Assembly: GCF_006345805.1 (NCBI RefSeq)
Contig: NC_043000.1
Span: 126,728,001 to 126,792,000 of the forward strand
DNA: 64,000 nt
Source: Octopus sinensis
Taxonomy: Eukaryota
Direction of reading: 5' to 3'
Position 1 is the stretch's first letter. The number at the start of each line of letters is the position of its first letter. The position numbers and the translations under genes are program-made. This document shows, in pieces, positions 26,617 through 39,067 of the stretch. The notes below the pieces were generated by a model that saw only the letters and a program-made list of their open reading frames with translations, ran no database searches and was not told the DNA's origin.

Positions 26617-27098
26617 GTGGTGGTGGTGGTTTCAACATTTGGCACAAGGCCAGTAAGTTCAGGGGAGAGGTAAGTCCATTACATTGATCCCAGTGCTCAA
26701 CTGGTATTTATTTTATCGACCCCAAAAGGATGAAAAGCAAAGTCAACCATGGCAGAATCTGAATAATAGTAACAACAACAACAACAATGACAACAACAAC
26801 AACAAACAAACAAACAACAAACAACAACAACAGTAATAATAATAGTCATAAAGACTGACCATACAACTGAATCAAAATGATTAGTTATGATTATACAGGA
26901 CAAAAGAAACAAACTGTAAGATCACAGACTTTACTGTACTACCAAAGAAATTGAAAAAGAAACTAAGAAATATCAGGACCTAGCAGTCAAAGAGGTGAAG
27001 AGATTGTGGAAAACTAAGATGACAGCTGCTACCTAAGAGTCTGAAGGATACTGGAATTGAGTCTCAGATTGTCAATTTGCAGAAAAGTGCAATCTGCA
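26617..27098 (+). repeat. Second copy of the inverted composite
   Basis: See 22429-22931. Confidence 0.8.
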
Positions 27099-27141
27099 TA
27101 TATGTATATGTATGTATGTATGTATATATATATATATATTA

Positions 27142-27173
<32 letters not shown>

Positions 27174-27639
27174 CACACACACATATACACACATATTATA
27201 TTATTATTTTATTGAACGCCATGCATCCATTTTCAAGTAAGTTTATAAATACATACAACACACACACACAGACAACACACTCACACACATATATATACAT
27301 GTGTGTGTGTGAGTGTGTTGTGTGTGTATGCAGGCCATTGTTTCTGTTTGTTGATTATTTACATAGACATACAGTGAAAGCATTGTCTACCTGTCAAGTC
27401 ATTATGCATGCTTAGTGATTATAGATCTTATGTAAGCTATAGTTGTACTACTTTGAATCATTTGCTTCTATTTAATATAGATGTTGGTTGTCAACTTGGT
27501 TTTGAGCATTACCATCTCCTCATTGTAGAGATATGTCTATAACAGGTTAGGCTTTCCTTCAAGGGTCCTCTGTTAAGTAACTTGCCTCACTTTTATTTCA
27601 GATTATTTTTGTGACAAATGTAGTTTATAACTTTGTTTA

Positions 27640-28080
27640 CAATCATACCATTAGCAGTTCCGCTCTTGTATATTTTTTCCAAATGGATTTTCAGCCTGGC
27701 ACCAGATGAGCACATATTTGGACGTAAAGGCCAGCAGTTCTTGGGGGGCTTTCAGATCTGTGTGTATATAAGCATCTCGTGTTTGTCTCTCAATATGTGA
27801 CCTTTCATGGATGACAAGCCCATGTTTTGTAAGTATAATGTCATTGCAGATGGTGGGCCCTCCATCATGCAGAACTTCAACAACCTGCTGTTTTCCCACA
27901 TTATGTTTCATGATTTGATAAGCAATTCTAATTTTCTCAAACTGCAGACTATTCTTCTTGGTTATAAACCCCCATTTGCTTCTGTTTATGGCAAAATGTT
28001 TCTAAAGAACAGAGCTGATATTTTAAGACTTAAAGGATTTTTTTGCTTTTTTGTGACAACATAAATCTCATTTTTGGTTT
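27640..28080 (-). mobile_element. RTE-like LINE C-terminal fragment
   Basis: NRSKWGFITKKNSLQFEKIR...GPTICNDIILTKHGLVIHERSH, resembling the decayed terminal zinc finger of RTE ORFs. Confidence 0.55.
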
Positions 28081-28844
28081 GTGTTAAGGAAGCTTATTGA
28101 GAACTAATTCTCTATAAAATAATAGCTACCATATTTCCTTCAGATAAATGTGCACATGTGATTGTGTATTTCGCAATTGTATTTGCCACGAAATACGATT
28201 TTAAGTCACTGTGTTTGCATTTAAATTTCAAGATAGAGTATTTTAGGAAAGAAAAGAAGAAAAAAAAACGTGAAAAATTAAGTTAATTTATTTCTTCTTT
28301 TATTTTCTTCAGTGTCTCAACAATCTAATTTTCTTCCTTATCTTTCTATGAATGATTAATTTTATTTTTAATTAATTGAAAACAAAACTGTAACAGATAT
28401 GTTTTGCTCAGAAAAATGTGAAGATGTGATGATACATTTCTTGTGCAAACTTTTCTTGAAACAAGTTTCCAATGTCAAGAAAGACAACATGATAAAGCCT
28501 GAGTTATTGCCCCTCTTAGATATTTACTCATTCTCCCAAATCTGGGTATCATTGTGATTTGTCATAAATTATTGGTAGCTATTGTCATAATTGTTTTTTA
28601 AGCAGCCTGATGTATGTTGAGGGAAAACAAGTTTAATTTATTTCAGATGGGGTAGAATTTTGCCTGGCATGAAACTTGAGTTACTGTAATTATATTAATT
28701 AAACCATTTGAAATTATCAAGCAAATTAAGAGTTTTCCCTTGTTGAAACTTATCTACACAAACCCAGTATCCATGTATATGTATATATATATCAGTGTGT
28801 GTGTATGTGTGTGTGTATACATATATATATATATTATCAATTAA

Positions 28845-29422
28845 AATTGACCTGCTTACTGGTATGAACATTATCCTGAGCCAGTCATTGAAGGTAAAAA
28901 TGTCACTATCCTCTGGGATTTTCTAGTCAACACCGAAAGAACAATTCAGACTAATCGACCAGACATAGTCATTAAAGACAGAGAACAAAAATACTTGTAG
29001 ACTGATAGATGTAAGTGTTCCCACTGATAAAAATATATCTGTAAAGGAATTTGACAAATTAAGTAAATATAAGGTCCTGGAAATTGAAATACAAAAGATG
29101 TGGCATCTTAAAGCGAGAACTGTTCCTGTTATTGTGGGTACCCTAGGTATGATAAAAAAAAAAGGGATGTCAGAAACATCTAGATGAGATCCCAGGAGAA
29201 CCATGTCTCAGAGAAATCCAAAAGATTGTGCTGACAAGTACTGCCCACATCCTTAGAAAGGCCCTATCCATTTAAATGTCTGTATTTACATAAAGATAAT
29301 TCACTAATGCTCCTGCCAAGCTTTCAGTCATACTGTAATATCTCTTATCCTTCACTTACTCCAGGATGCTGGTGTGTCTTGGCAAGTGATTGTAACAAAC
29401 ATGAAGATTAAAAGTACAATAT

Positions 29423-29470
<48 letters not shown>
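28845..29470 (+). mobile_element. R4/Dong-like LINE 3' end with restriction-like endonuclease and (TAA)n tail
   Basis: WYEHYPEPVIEGKNVTILWDF..NRPDIVIKD/TCRLIDVSVPTDKNISVKEFDKLSKY..VPVIVGTLG, with frameshifts in A-runs. Confidence 0.9.
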
Positions 29471-29479
<9 letters not shown>

Positions 29480-29481
<2 letters not shown>

Positions 29482-29690
29482 TCTTTCAACAATAGGCACA
29501 AAGCCTGAAATTTGGGGAAGGGGATTACTTGATTACATTGACCCGTGTTTCACTGGTACTTAAGTTATCGACCTCCAAAAGGATGAAGGGTAAAGTTGTC
29601 TTTGGTGGAATTCGAACTCAGAATGTAGTGACGGGCAAAATATCATGAAGCATTTTGCCTGGCATGCTTACAGTTCTGCCTGCTCGCCAC
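29480..29690 (-). mobile_element. SINE family B
   Basis: Family core motif. Confidence 0.75.
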
Positions 29691-29959
29691 CTTTAATGAC
29701 ATGGAAGCTTGTCCAGTGGGAAATCGAACCCTGGTCTCCCATGTGACAGCAAATCGAGACACCAGGTAGAGGCTCTGTTGTTGGATTGCACACATAATGA
29801 ATATAGATGTCAATAACTAAATAAATATTCCACACACCTTTCTTTCCAATTGTACATATAATAATAATAATAACAATCCTTTCTATTACTATTATTATTA
29901 TTATTATTGTTGTTGCTGTTGTTGTTGTTGTTGTTGTCGTCGTCGTTGTTGTTGTTGTT

Positions 29960-31290
29960 TTACTTCTCAGAACACTTGGTCTCATTTTTCCTGGTAGATT
30001 CTGTGACAGCGGACTGTAGAATCTACAGAGGTTTCACAGTGTCTCTTTCTGCACATTATAAGCTTTGATACTTGCTTGTTAATTATCGTGGGAGACATTC
30101 AACATCGAAGTTCCAATCTCAAAACACGAGCTGACCCCAGCAGAGAAACTATTGCTTGCTCTGATGATAACTGTTATAACTTTCACTTTTGTTGCTGGGC
30201 ATCTCTACATTTCAATATCTCTGCTTTTAAATCTGTATATTTCAAGATCTTATTCTATTTCCTTGTCTACAATGTTTTCATTTGAAGAGATTGCAACATC
30301 TATTTTGAGGTACTTTCTTTTTTATGCCAAATATAATAATATCCTGTCTATAGTGTTAAATTTTTCTGTCTGTCTCAATTTCAAAATCCCATAGAAATTT
30401 TGATTTACCATGTTCGTTTACTTCCCTTCCTGATACATGATTTTACCACTTGTATGAAGTGTTGTATCCCTATTTTTTAGAAAGTAAAAGTGTAAACTAC
30501 GACAAACCTCATCTTGGCATCCTTTGTATTCTTTCTTGTATTTTGCAGCCTGTTACAATATACTCAATAATCTCTACACCTTAATTACATAGGCAACACT
30601 TATTCTTTGAAGTAGTGGAATAAATACTCGTGCTCACCAAAGTAATGTTTGGAGTTTGATTTTGATCAGCCACCAACAAACTTTCAGTTTCCCATTTTAA
30701 ATCTCCATGCCAGAACTAATACGATGGGTCAAGATTTTCCACAATTTCGGTATCTCTATGGAATTGTCCATGTAATTACAATTCTTCCAATATTTCCTTT
30801 CATTCACAAATTATCCTGCTTTTGCATGTTTTCATCTCTTCAAGCTCCATACTAATCCTGGTTTTATTGCTGCATGTTTAAACAGTTCTTCTTCACTTTT
30901 TGCAAAGCAGTGGTTTACTGATCTTTGCACTTCATTCACACAAGCAGAAATGCTAATAAGTCTTTGCCTTGCAATCTTCCTTTTCACAAATAAACAACTG
31001 ACATTTGCCTTTGGATGAAGTGTTCCATGCATTTGTCTGCTGAATGCCTGCTTCTTAAAAATTTTTTTTGTCAATTCTCTATTCCAGCACTGTATCGCAT
31101 GACAGCAACCACTCATGCATTGATCATATTTATCAAATTTCATGAATTATATTCGGACTTCAATACAAGCTTTAATCTTTTTAGATATATTATTTTCTTT
31201 AATTTCCTTCATTTCCTTACATATAGTATCATTGAGTTCCAATATACCTAGATATTTGTTTCCATTATACCACTGAATTCCAGTACACCA
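29960..31290 (-). mobile_element. R4/Dong-like LINE, ~1.3 kb 5'-truncated degraded copy
   Basis: LHPKANVSCLFVKRK (thumb-like) and LKIDVAISSNENIVDKEIE; bounded by TAA/CAA microsatellites. Confidence 0.7.
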
Positions 31291-31316
31291 AGATCATTAT
31301 TATTATATTATTATTA

Positions 31317-31363
<47 letters not shown>

Positions 31364-32671
31364 TCATCATTATGTCCTAAAAGTAGTTTTATGTGATTTT
31401 TTTTCACAGTGCCATCAAGTACACTATATTCATTATTGTTATTATTATCAGTATGTTTGTTTAATTTGTAAAAACAATTGCAAACGAGATAGCAATTACA
31501 GTATCTATGAAAACTAGCAAAAACAAAAATAAAAGTAGAACCATAAGTGTATGAATCTAACGTTTTCTCCAATTATGGCTTCAGGTTCTCTCAATGAAAA
31601 TATTTGTTGCTTATATAATTTCATTTACAAATCAAAATAAATGAAAACAAGATATAAAAACAAATAAACAGCAAATCAAACCAACAACAGACTACACAGA
31701 CTGAATAATTTCTTAAGAATTAAATCAATACCATTTCATTGAATTTTGTGGCGCTGAGATGGTAGGAAGAATATATCTGAAGAGAATCATGATGCTTGGA
31801 AAAGTTAGAATAGTTTTACCTGTATCAATGACCTTTAAGTTCACTTAATGACATGTAATTAATAAACTGGCTTGACAGGGAGTGTATATATTAATGACTA
31901 TACTGGTTTATACTAACGATAGTTTTTTTTTCTTCTTCTCTTAAAGTTTTCAAATAAATTGTTGGTCTCTAAATTAAATCTCTTTGTTTGTCACCAGTGA
32001 ATGAATGATGAATACAGGTTTTATATTTAAATGAAGCACAGAAAAAAAATAGAAATAAAATAAATATGAAAACTTGGTGAAAAAGAGCCATGTGGTCCCA
32101 GGTTCAATTCCATTCTGTGGCACCTTGGCCACTGTAATCTCATTACAAATATATTTTTGTTTTACATCAACTCCTCCATGTTGACATGAGTCACTTAGGA
32201 ATTTTCTTTCCTCTCATCTTCTTACCTTAGTTATTCTGGGAGGGTTGTAAGGTCAGAGTCCTTAAACACACCATCCATCAGATCCTGTCAGAAGGAACTT
32301 TCTCTAATTGATCCAGCTGGATCTCCAAGTGAGACCAATTGAGCTCATGGATGTTATCTAACCATGCTGCTCATGGTCTATCCCTGGGTCTCCTACTAGT
32401 TTGTTTTGCCTGTAAAATTTGTCCAGGAATTATGTGTGTGTGTGCATGTGCACATCTCTCTCTCTCTCTCTCTCTTTGCAACATAAATTAATGGTAAAAT
32501 ATCTCTTTACCTTCACCCATTTAATACACTCGGCAAGTTAATTGCAATGCAATAAAAAACACTTGTCTATTAATAATTGGGTATTATACCAACTGTATAT
32601 TGGATAAATATTATCCATTAGTGGGTGGGACCCACAATCCCCAACTTTCTTGGAGTTATATATATACATAA

Positions 32672-32702
<31 letters not shown>

Positions 32703-33029
32703 GTTGAAATTTACTGGAAAACAAAAGACAAAGACAGGTGTATAAACAACAAGTAGGTGTATTAGTTTGATGCTTGGGAAAGTGAGAAAGTCTTTTACTT
32801 CTTGAGCCTACACTCTTCAACAGAAAGGAATAAGAGAAAATAAACAGAAAGAGAATAAAAAAACACTTGTGGACTTAGCAATCAAGCATAGCAGCTAGTT
32901 GGGAAAAAAATGGTTTGACAGGAGAGGAAGAAAGAAGGGAACATTAGCAATGTGCTAAATCATCCATAGATTTTTATGGTGAATATCTATACTCTGATAG
33001 GCAAGCTAGTCTGGAATCAACCAAATGAG

Positions 33030-33073
33030 CTGGCTTACTGAAGATGGGTATGGAAATAGCCCAAAATAGCCAG
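33030..33073 (+). ncRNA. Decayed hammerhead remnant
   Basis: CTGGCTTA-CTGAAGA-T-GGGTAT(GGAA)ATAGCCC-AAAA-TAGCCAG. G12 and the cleavage site are lost. Confidence 0.35.
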
Positions 33074-33241
33074 TCAGTCTAAGGAATTCTCGGTCCGGTG
33101 TTCAGGGCAATTGCAGCCCTTATCAAAGTACATGTTATATGCTTTGTAACAGCTTTGGAGCACTTTAGCTCCTATTTCTAGCAATGCGGGTATTATTCAC
33201 ACCCTTAATGAAGTTTAGTCTAAAACTATAATTTTCCTATG

Positions 33242-33329
<88 letters not shown>

Positions 33330-35616
33330 GTACTGTCTCTTTACCACTTTCTCGCCTCCTTCCTGATTGCTGTGCCATGATGCCTATGTAATAAGGAATG
33401 GCACTGGAATAGTCCATATTTAACACAACCAACATCCTTATCTCTTTGCCTCTCTCTCTTTCATGATGATCCCTGTGTAGTGTTCATATCTAATACATCC
33501 AACCATCACCCTTCTGTACTGCTAATCTAATCATCATTCTTCTCTCCCATGTCACTCCCTTTTAGAATAGAGCCCAGCCCTACTACTACCCATCACTTAC
33601 TCTCTTTCCAGCAAAAATGCAGTTGCCATTATTGCTTCTCTTTCATCATTCTTCAATATTACTGTCTCTGTTTCATTATTCCCTCCAGCACAGTGTCTTC
33701 CATAACTCCATCCAGCACTGTCTCCTTTCATTGTTCCTACTCTATCACTTTCTTGTCCCAATCATTCTGCTTTTCCTATTATATTATCTCTTCATTCACC
33801 CTCTCAAACCTAGTTTATCTTCTGCCATTGCCCTCTTTTCTATTTGCCTAGTTGTGAGTGAATACTAGGGACTCTTTAATCTTATGAGGTACAAGGCAAC
33901 CTCACTAGTGCTGATGCCATGATAAGATGTACCCAGTGCACCCTATAAAGTGACAGACGTTGAGAAAGACATCAAGTTGTAAAAGCTATGTCAGATGGAC
34001 TATACGAGCAAGATGTTGGCCTTCAACCCATCTAGGAGGACAGTATTTTCAGTTTGATTCTTTTAGGTAGAAAGATGACTTAGCCATTCGATAGCGATCA
34101 ATAAAATAAATAACAAACTAGAATAATGAATAATGAGTTGATTGATTTCATTGACTATAACCCTTGAAAATGGTGTCCAAGCATGGTGGCAGTCCCATGA
34201 ATGAAACCATTAAATGAATAAAGTAAATATATATGTGTGTGTGTGTGTTGTTATTGTTGTTTAGCCCAAGGTCAGCTCTTATTATCTACCCAGCAGGCCT
34301 ATAGAAACTGTAATTATATAGTAATTAGACATGTATGTATCACACAAAGCATATCTTAATTTGTGTAATCAAGGCATTTATCATTGAGACTTTACTACAG
34401 CTAAATAAGAGAACCCTGTTGCTATTAACAAAGAAATTGGAGCAAGTGAAGTAATGGAATCTGCCTAGGGCCACAATATGGTGCCTACATATTGTAGTTT
34501 CAATTTTTTTTTATATTACATTATAAATATCTATTTTATCTTATTTACAAGAAATGTAATTCACCTGTTTTCCCAAACTAATTCTGTTTTCTAAACAGAA
34601 ATCCATTAAATTAAATCTATAGCAAAAAAAAAAAGAAGAAAAAGAATTAGAAAAAACAAAACAAAACAAAAAACAAAAGGAACATGAAGAGTTATACGTT
34701 ATTTGGCTGATGGGTCAAAAGCAATGATTTCCAATAAAATATTGGAATAATGGGCCAAATTTGATTTAAAAATATGAATGATACTCACTCCTAACAACTC
34801 CCACACTGTCTACATGCACAACACACAATTATAGGAGAGCATGTTAACTATCAGTCTAGTTATACGTTTATACACTCACACATATATACATATAAATATA
34901 TATGCAAATAGCAACCATACACTTACTTGCTTGATTACATTTTTCTGTACCTGCTCAAAGATAAGAACTCTTTTCTTTGAGGCGTTACACAAATGCACTG
35001 TAACAATATATATTGCCTCATTAATAACAGAAATACAGTCTTTGCACATATAATATGCCAAGTACTTCACTGAATTAAGGTGTATTTCATACTAGTCTGA
35101 AATTTATATGTAGCATTTATAAGTACATTGATTTGTATGCATATGTGCATAAAGATAAAATCGTTACTGTTCAAAAAAATGTATATAAACAAAAAGCAAG
35201 CATTTGATGAGATTTGAATTCTTATCCATTGTTTATCACTGTGCTATAAACCAGTTTGATATATAGGCTACTAGGATGTTAAATCAAGGAATGTGTACAA
35301 CCAAGTCCTTCCTGGGGCACATCTTATACCATGTCTTAATATTCATAACCTACATATCTATTAAGCCTAAATACAAGCTTACTCTTTGCACATTAAATCA
35401 AAATGTTATATGAAAATTTCTCAGTTATTGAAGCAGAACTGTTTAAGTTATGAATCATAACCGCTAAGTGATGGGGACCTAAACACACCAGCATCGGTTG
35501 TCAAGCAATGCTAGGGGGACAAACACAGACACACACACACATATATATACATATATATGACAGGCTTCTTTCAGTTTCCGTCTACCAAATCCACTCACAA
35601 ATCCTATATATATATA

Positions 35617-35780
35617 GGCGCAGGAGTGGCTGTGTGGTAAGTAGCTTGCTAACATGGTTCCGGGTTCAGTCCCACTGCGTGGCATCTTGAGCAAGTGTCT
35701 TCTGCTATAGCCCCGGGCCGACCAATGCCTTGTGAGTGGATTTGGTAGACGGAAACTGAAAGAAGCCTGTCATATATATG

Positions 35781-35811
<31 letters not shown>

Positions 35812-36027
35812 TTGTGTGTCTGTGTTTGTTCCCCTAGCATTGCTTGACAACCGATGCTGGTGTGTTTAGGTCCCCGTCACTTAGCGGTTCGGCAAAAGAG
35901 ACCGATAGAATAAGTACTGGACTTACAAAGAATAAGTCCCGGGGTCGATTTGCTCGATTAAAGGCGGTGCTCCAGCATGGCCGCAGTCAAATGACTGAAA
36001 CAAGTAAAAGAGTAAAAGAGTAAAGAG

Positions 36028-36028
<1 letters not shown>
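35617..36028 (+). mobile_element. SINE family A, young full-length copy
   Basis: CpG-intact; tail (GTAAAAGA)n. Confidence 0.92.
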
Positions 36029-36082
<54 letters not shown>

Positions 36083-36107
36083 ATATGCATGTACATATAT
36101 ATATATA

Positions 36108-36502
36108 CTAGCAGTATCGCCCGGCGTTGCTCGGGTTTGTAAGGGAAATAATTATATAAGCATTTTTAGAGATGTAAGGTATAATAGCCATCTCAATATG
36201 GCTAACCACAAAGGGGGAGGGGTGTTACTGTAGCTTTTTACGTTCTGAGATTTAATAATAAATTTTAGAGAGTTACTTCCCTTATATATGTCAAAAATGG
36301 ATTAAAAATGGGAAAAATTGATGGTAAATTTTTTTTTAAATCGTAGACTCATCGTAGACACGCGCTAATACCCAGACGGTCTCGATATGAATCACGACTA
36401 TAAGATACTCGGTTTTGGTTAAACTGCACCGCAAAATGTGGGAGTAGTTAGGAATCTAAATCGTAGGAGACAGACACACAACCTCACTTTTATATATAAA
36501 GA
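36108..36502 (-). mobile_element. Non-autonomous Helitron, 395 bp
   Basis: 5'-TC at 36502-01, 3'-CTAG at 36111-08, subterminal hairpin CCCGAGCAACGCCGGG, inserted between A and T with no TSD. Confidence 0.85.
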
Positions 36503-36792
36503 TTTCCTCTATTTACATAATATTGAGGTCTATTTCTTTCTTTTGTTATCTTACTGTTTTTACCAATATACATATATATATATATAAATATATATATAGT
36601 TACAGAGATGTACTTGCATAGCAAGTGACTTGATCTGAGATCGTGTGCTGGAACGAAAACAGTTGCAGCGTTGAAGGTATTTATAAGCCATTTAAGAAAC
36701 ACACAAAAACCGTTAGATTCACTTCAACATTTAAATTTAATTTGTCAAAATATTTTCGTCGCTTTGAGACCGCGACCTGTTAGCACGATATT

Positions 36793-36843
36793 TTTGTCAG
36801 TGAACAGGTCGCGGTCTCAAAGCGACGAAAATATTTTGGCAAA
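36793..36843 (+). ncRNA. Minimal type I hammerhead-like motif, G3:C8 variant
   Basis: TTTGTCA-GTGAACA-G-GTCGC(9 nt)GCGAC-GAAA-ATAT-TT|TGGCAAA. Helix I is 7 bp, helix II is 5 bp perfect, and AAAATATTTT is palindromic. Confidence 0.7.
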
Positions 36844-37288
36844 TTAAATTTAAATGTTGAAGTGAATCTAACGGTTTTTGTGTGTTTCTTAAATGGCTTA
36901 GAAACACCTTCCAGGCTGCAATATATATATACACACATATATATATATGTATGTATGTATGTATGTGTGTATATGTGTATGCATGTATGTGTGTGTGTGT
37001 GTGCGTATCTGTGCTTGTGATTGTCCTCCACCACTGCTTGACAACGAATGTTGGTTTGTTTACATCCCTGTCACCTAGTGGTTTGACAAAGGAAACAGAT
37101 AGAATAAGTACAATGCTTACAAAAATAAAACTGGAGTTGATTCATTAAACTACAATTCTTCAAGGCATTGCCCCAGCATGGCCACAGACCAATGACTGGA
37201 AAAAGCAGAAGAATAAAAGAATACATTCTCTGCTTTGGTCTTATGTTCAAGGCATGAGAAAGCTTGAGTTTACATGAGAAGGCCTAAC

Positions 37289-37760
37289 AGACCTGGTAGA
37301 AACAGCAGCCAAATCTCCCTCAAATCACACCTTACTGTCTTATGTATGTATATATATATGAGCCAATGAGGGGGACCTCTACATGGTAGCTAGACCTGGT
37401 AGAAATAGCAGCCAAATTTCCCCCAAATCACACCTTACTGTCTTATCTATGTATATATGTATGTATGAGCCTATGAGGGAGACCCCTACATGGCAGCTAG
37501 ACCTGGTAGAAATAGCAGCCAAATTTCCCCCAAATCACACCTTACTGTCTTATCTATGTATGTATGAGCCTATGAGGGAGACCTCTACATGGCAGCTAGA
37601 CCTGGTAGAAATAGCAGCCAAATTTCCCCCAAATCACACCTTACTGTCTTATCTATGTATATATGTATGTATGAGCCTATGAGGGAGACCCCTACATGGC
37701 AGCTAGACATGGTAGAAATAGTAGCCAAATCTCCCTCAAATCACACCTTACTGTCTTATC
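37289..37760. repeat. Tandem array, ~4.6 copies of a 99-107 bp unit
   Basis: Unit starts at 37289, 37392, 37499, 37598 and 37705. Confidence 0.95.
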
Positions 37761-37769
37761 TTTCTGCTA

Positions 37770-38266
37770 CTTGGATATAGGTGTTATATTCGTCGTAAAA
37801 AACTTTCCTGTCACACACTCACGCACACGCACACACACACACACACACACGCACCCTCACACACACACACACACGCGCACACCCACACACACCCACGCAC
37901 GTTAGCTTACAATTTTATTTATATATTTGCGTGTCTATGTGTTGAAAGAGGAAGTGGGAGGCAGAGTGAAAGAATCACTCACTACAGTAAGTCAATTACT
38001 TTCATTTTATTCGTTGCCCACTGTGTGTGTGCGTTTGCGTGTGCTGTAAACCAGACTAAGAAAAGCATTTGACACACACACCAGAATGTGAGTTTTCTGT
38101 AAATTTTGCTTAATTGGAGTTTAAATTTTAAAAACTGGACCTGGCATGACGCGATGCATTGTACTCTTAAAAATGCAAGGTAAATTGTAATTGAAGAAAT
38201 CCTATATTGTAGATTTGTATAACTCCCAAAGGGAGGCAGATAAAATCTGCCTTTTATAATAAGAGA
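37770..38266 (-). mobile_element. Probable Helitron-like element, 3' end not identified
   Basis: A|TCTCTTATTATAAAAGGCAGATTTTATCTGCC 5' end resembles the 36502 terminus; internal (CA)n. Confidence 0.5.
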
Positions 38267-38293
38267 TATATATATATATATACATACATATAT

Positions 38294-38337
<44 letters not shown>

Positions 38338-38801
38338 TCCGCCGCTATAGGCATCGCCGATAAGGCTCCTTTCCTTGCGCCAGAGAAATAATTTGTTTGC
38401 TTGTTATCAGTCGTAAGACACTTGTTGTTGTTTTCACCGTTATTGCTTCTGTATTTCATGTTTCTGTATTCCATTATTTTTTTTTTTTTTTTTTTATATT
38501 CGTCCCTTTTGCTGTCCTGGTGTCCGTATGCATTCGATCCTTCTTCCAGGAAATCTATGCTCCCAGCTTAGTTTTTCTAATGCTCGTTGCTTAGTTTTTC
38601 TTGGAGGGCTGGCCGTGATCTAGTAATCTCAAGATTAATCAGCCGAAATTACTACGATGATCCGGTTCTTGACTGAAGACTGAGGGTTTCGAATGTCCTG
38701 TCCGTGTTTATTGTATCGTCTTCTAAGAGTTATACGTTCTTGTCCATGTTGTATTTTTCTACATACCTACATATATATATATATATACATATATATATAT
38801 G

Positions 38802-38841
<40 letters not shown>

Positions 38842-39067
38842 CATACACACACACACACACATATATATATATTTATATAGGCTTTGTGCAGAAATATAAT
38901 AAAATGAGAAAAATATAGCAATGGAAACACTAATTACAGCATTCATAAATGGCGCAGTGAAAACGAGTATGTATATATATGTGACCATACATATAATGTA
39001 TACACACACATATACAATTCATGCTTGTGTACACTATCACTAGTAGAATTATGTAATGTAATATATA

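Noticed and set aside
27651-27911. Host C2H2 zinc-finger exon
   Set aside because: Only one Cys remains, and the upstream frame matches an RTE-type LINE C-terminus.
31778-31820. Other CTGAAGA/CTGATGA hits (also 25990, 38668, 43770, 46710, 63237) and TTGATAA at 5699
   Set aside because: No acceptable helix II + GAAA + helix I combination could be built.
37289-37760. CRISPR-like regular repeat array
   Set aside because: The inter-repeat segments are near-identical microsatellite-containing sequence rather than unique spacers, there are no cas genes, and the context is eukaryotic.
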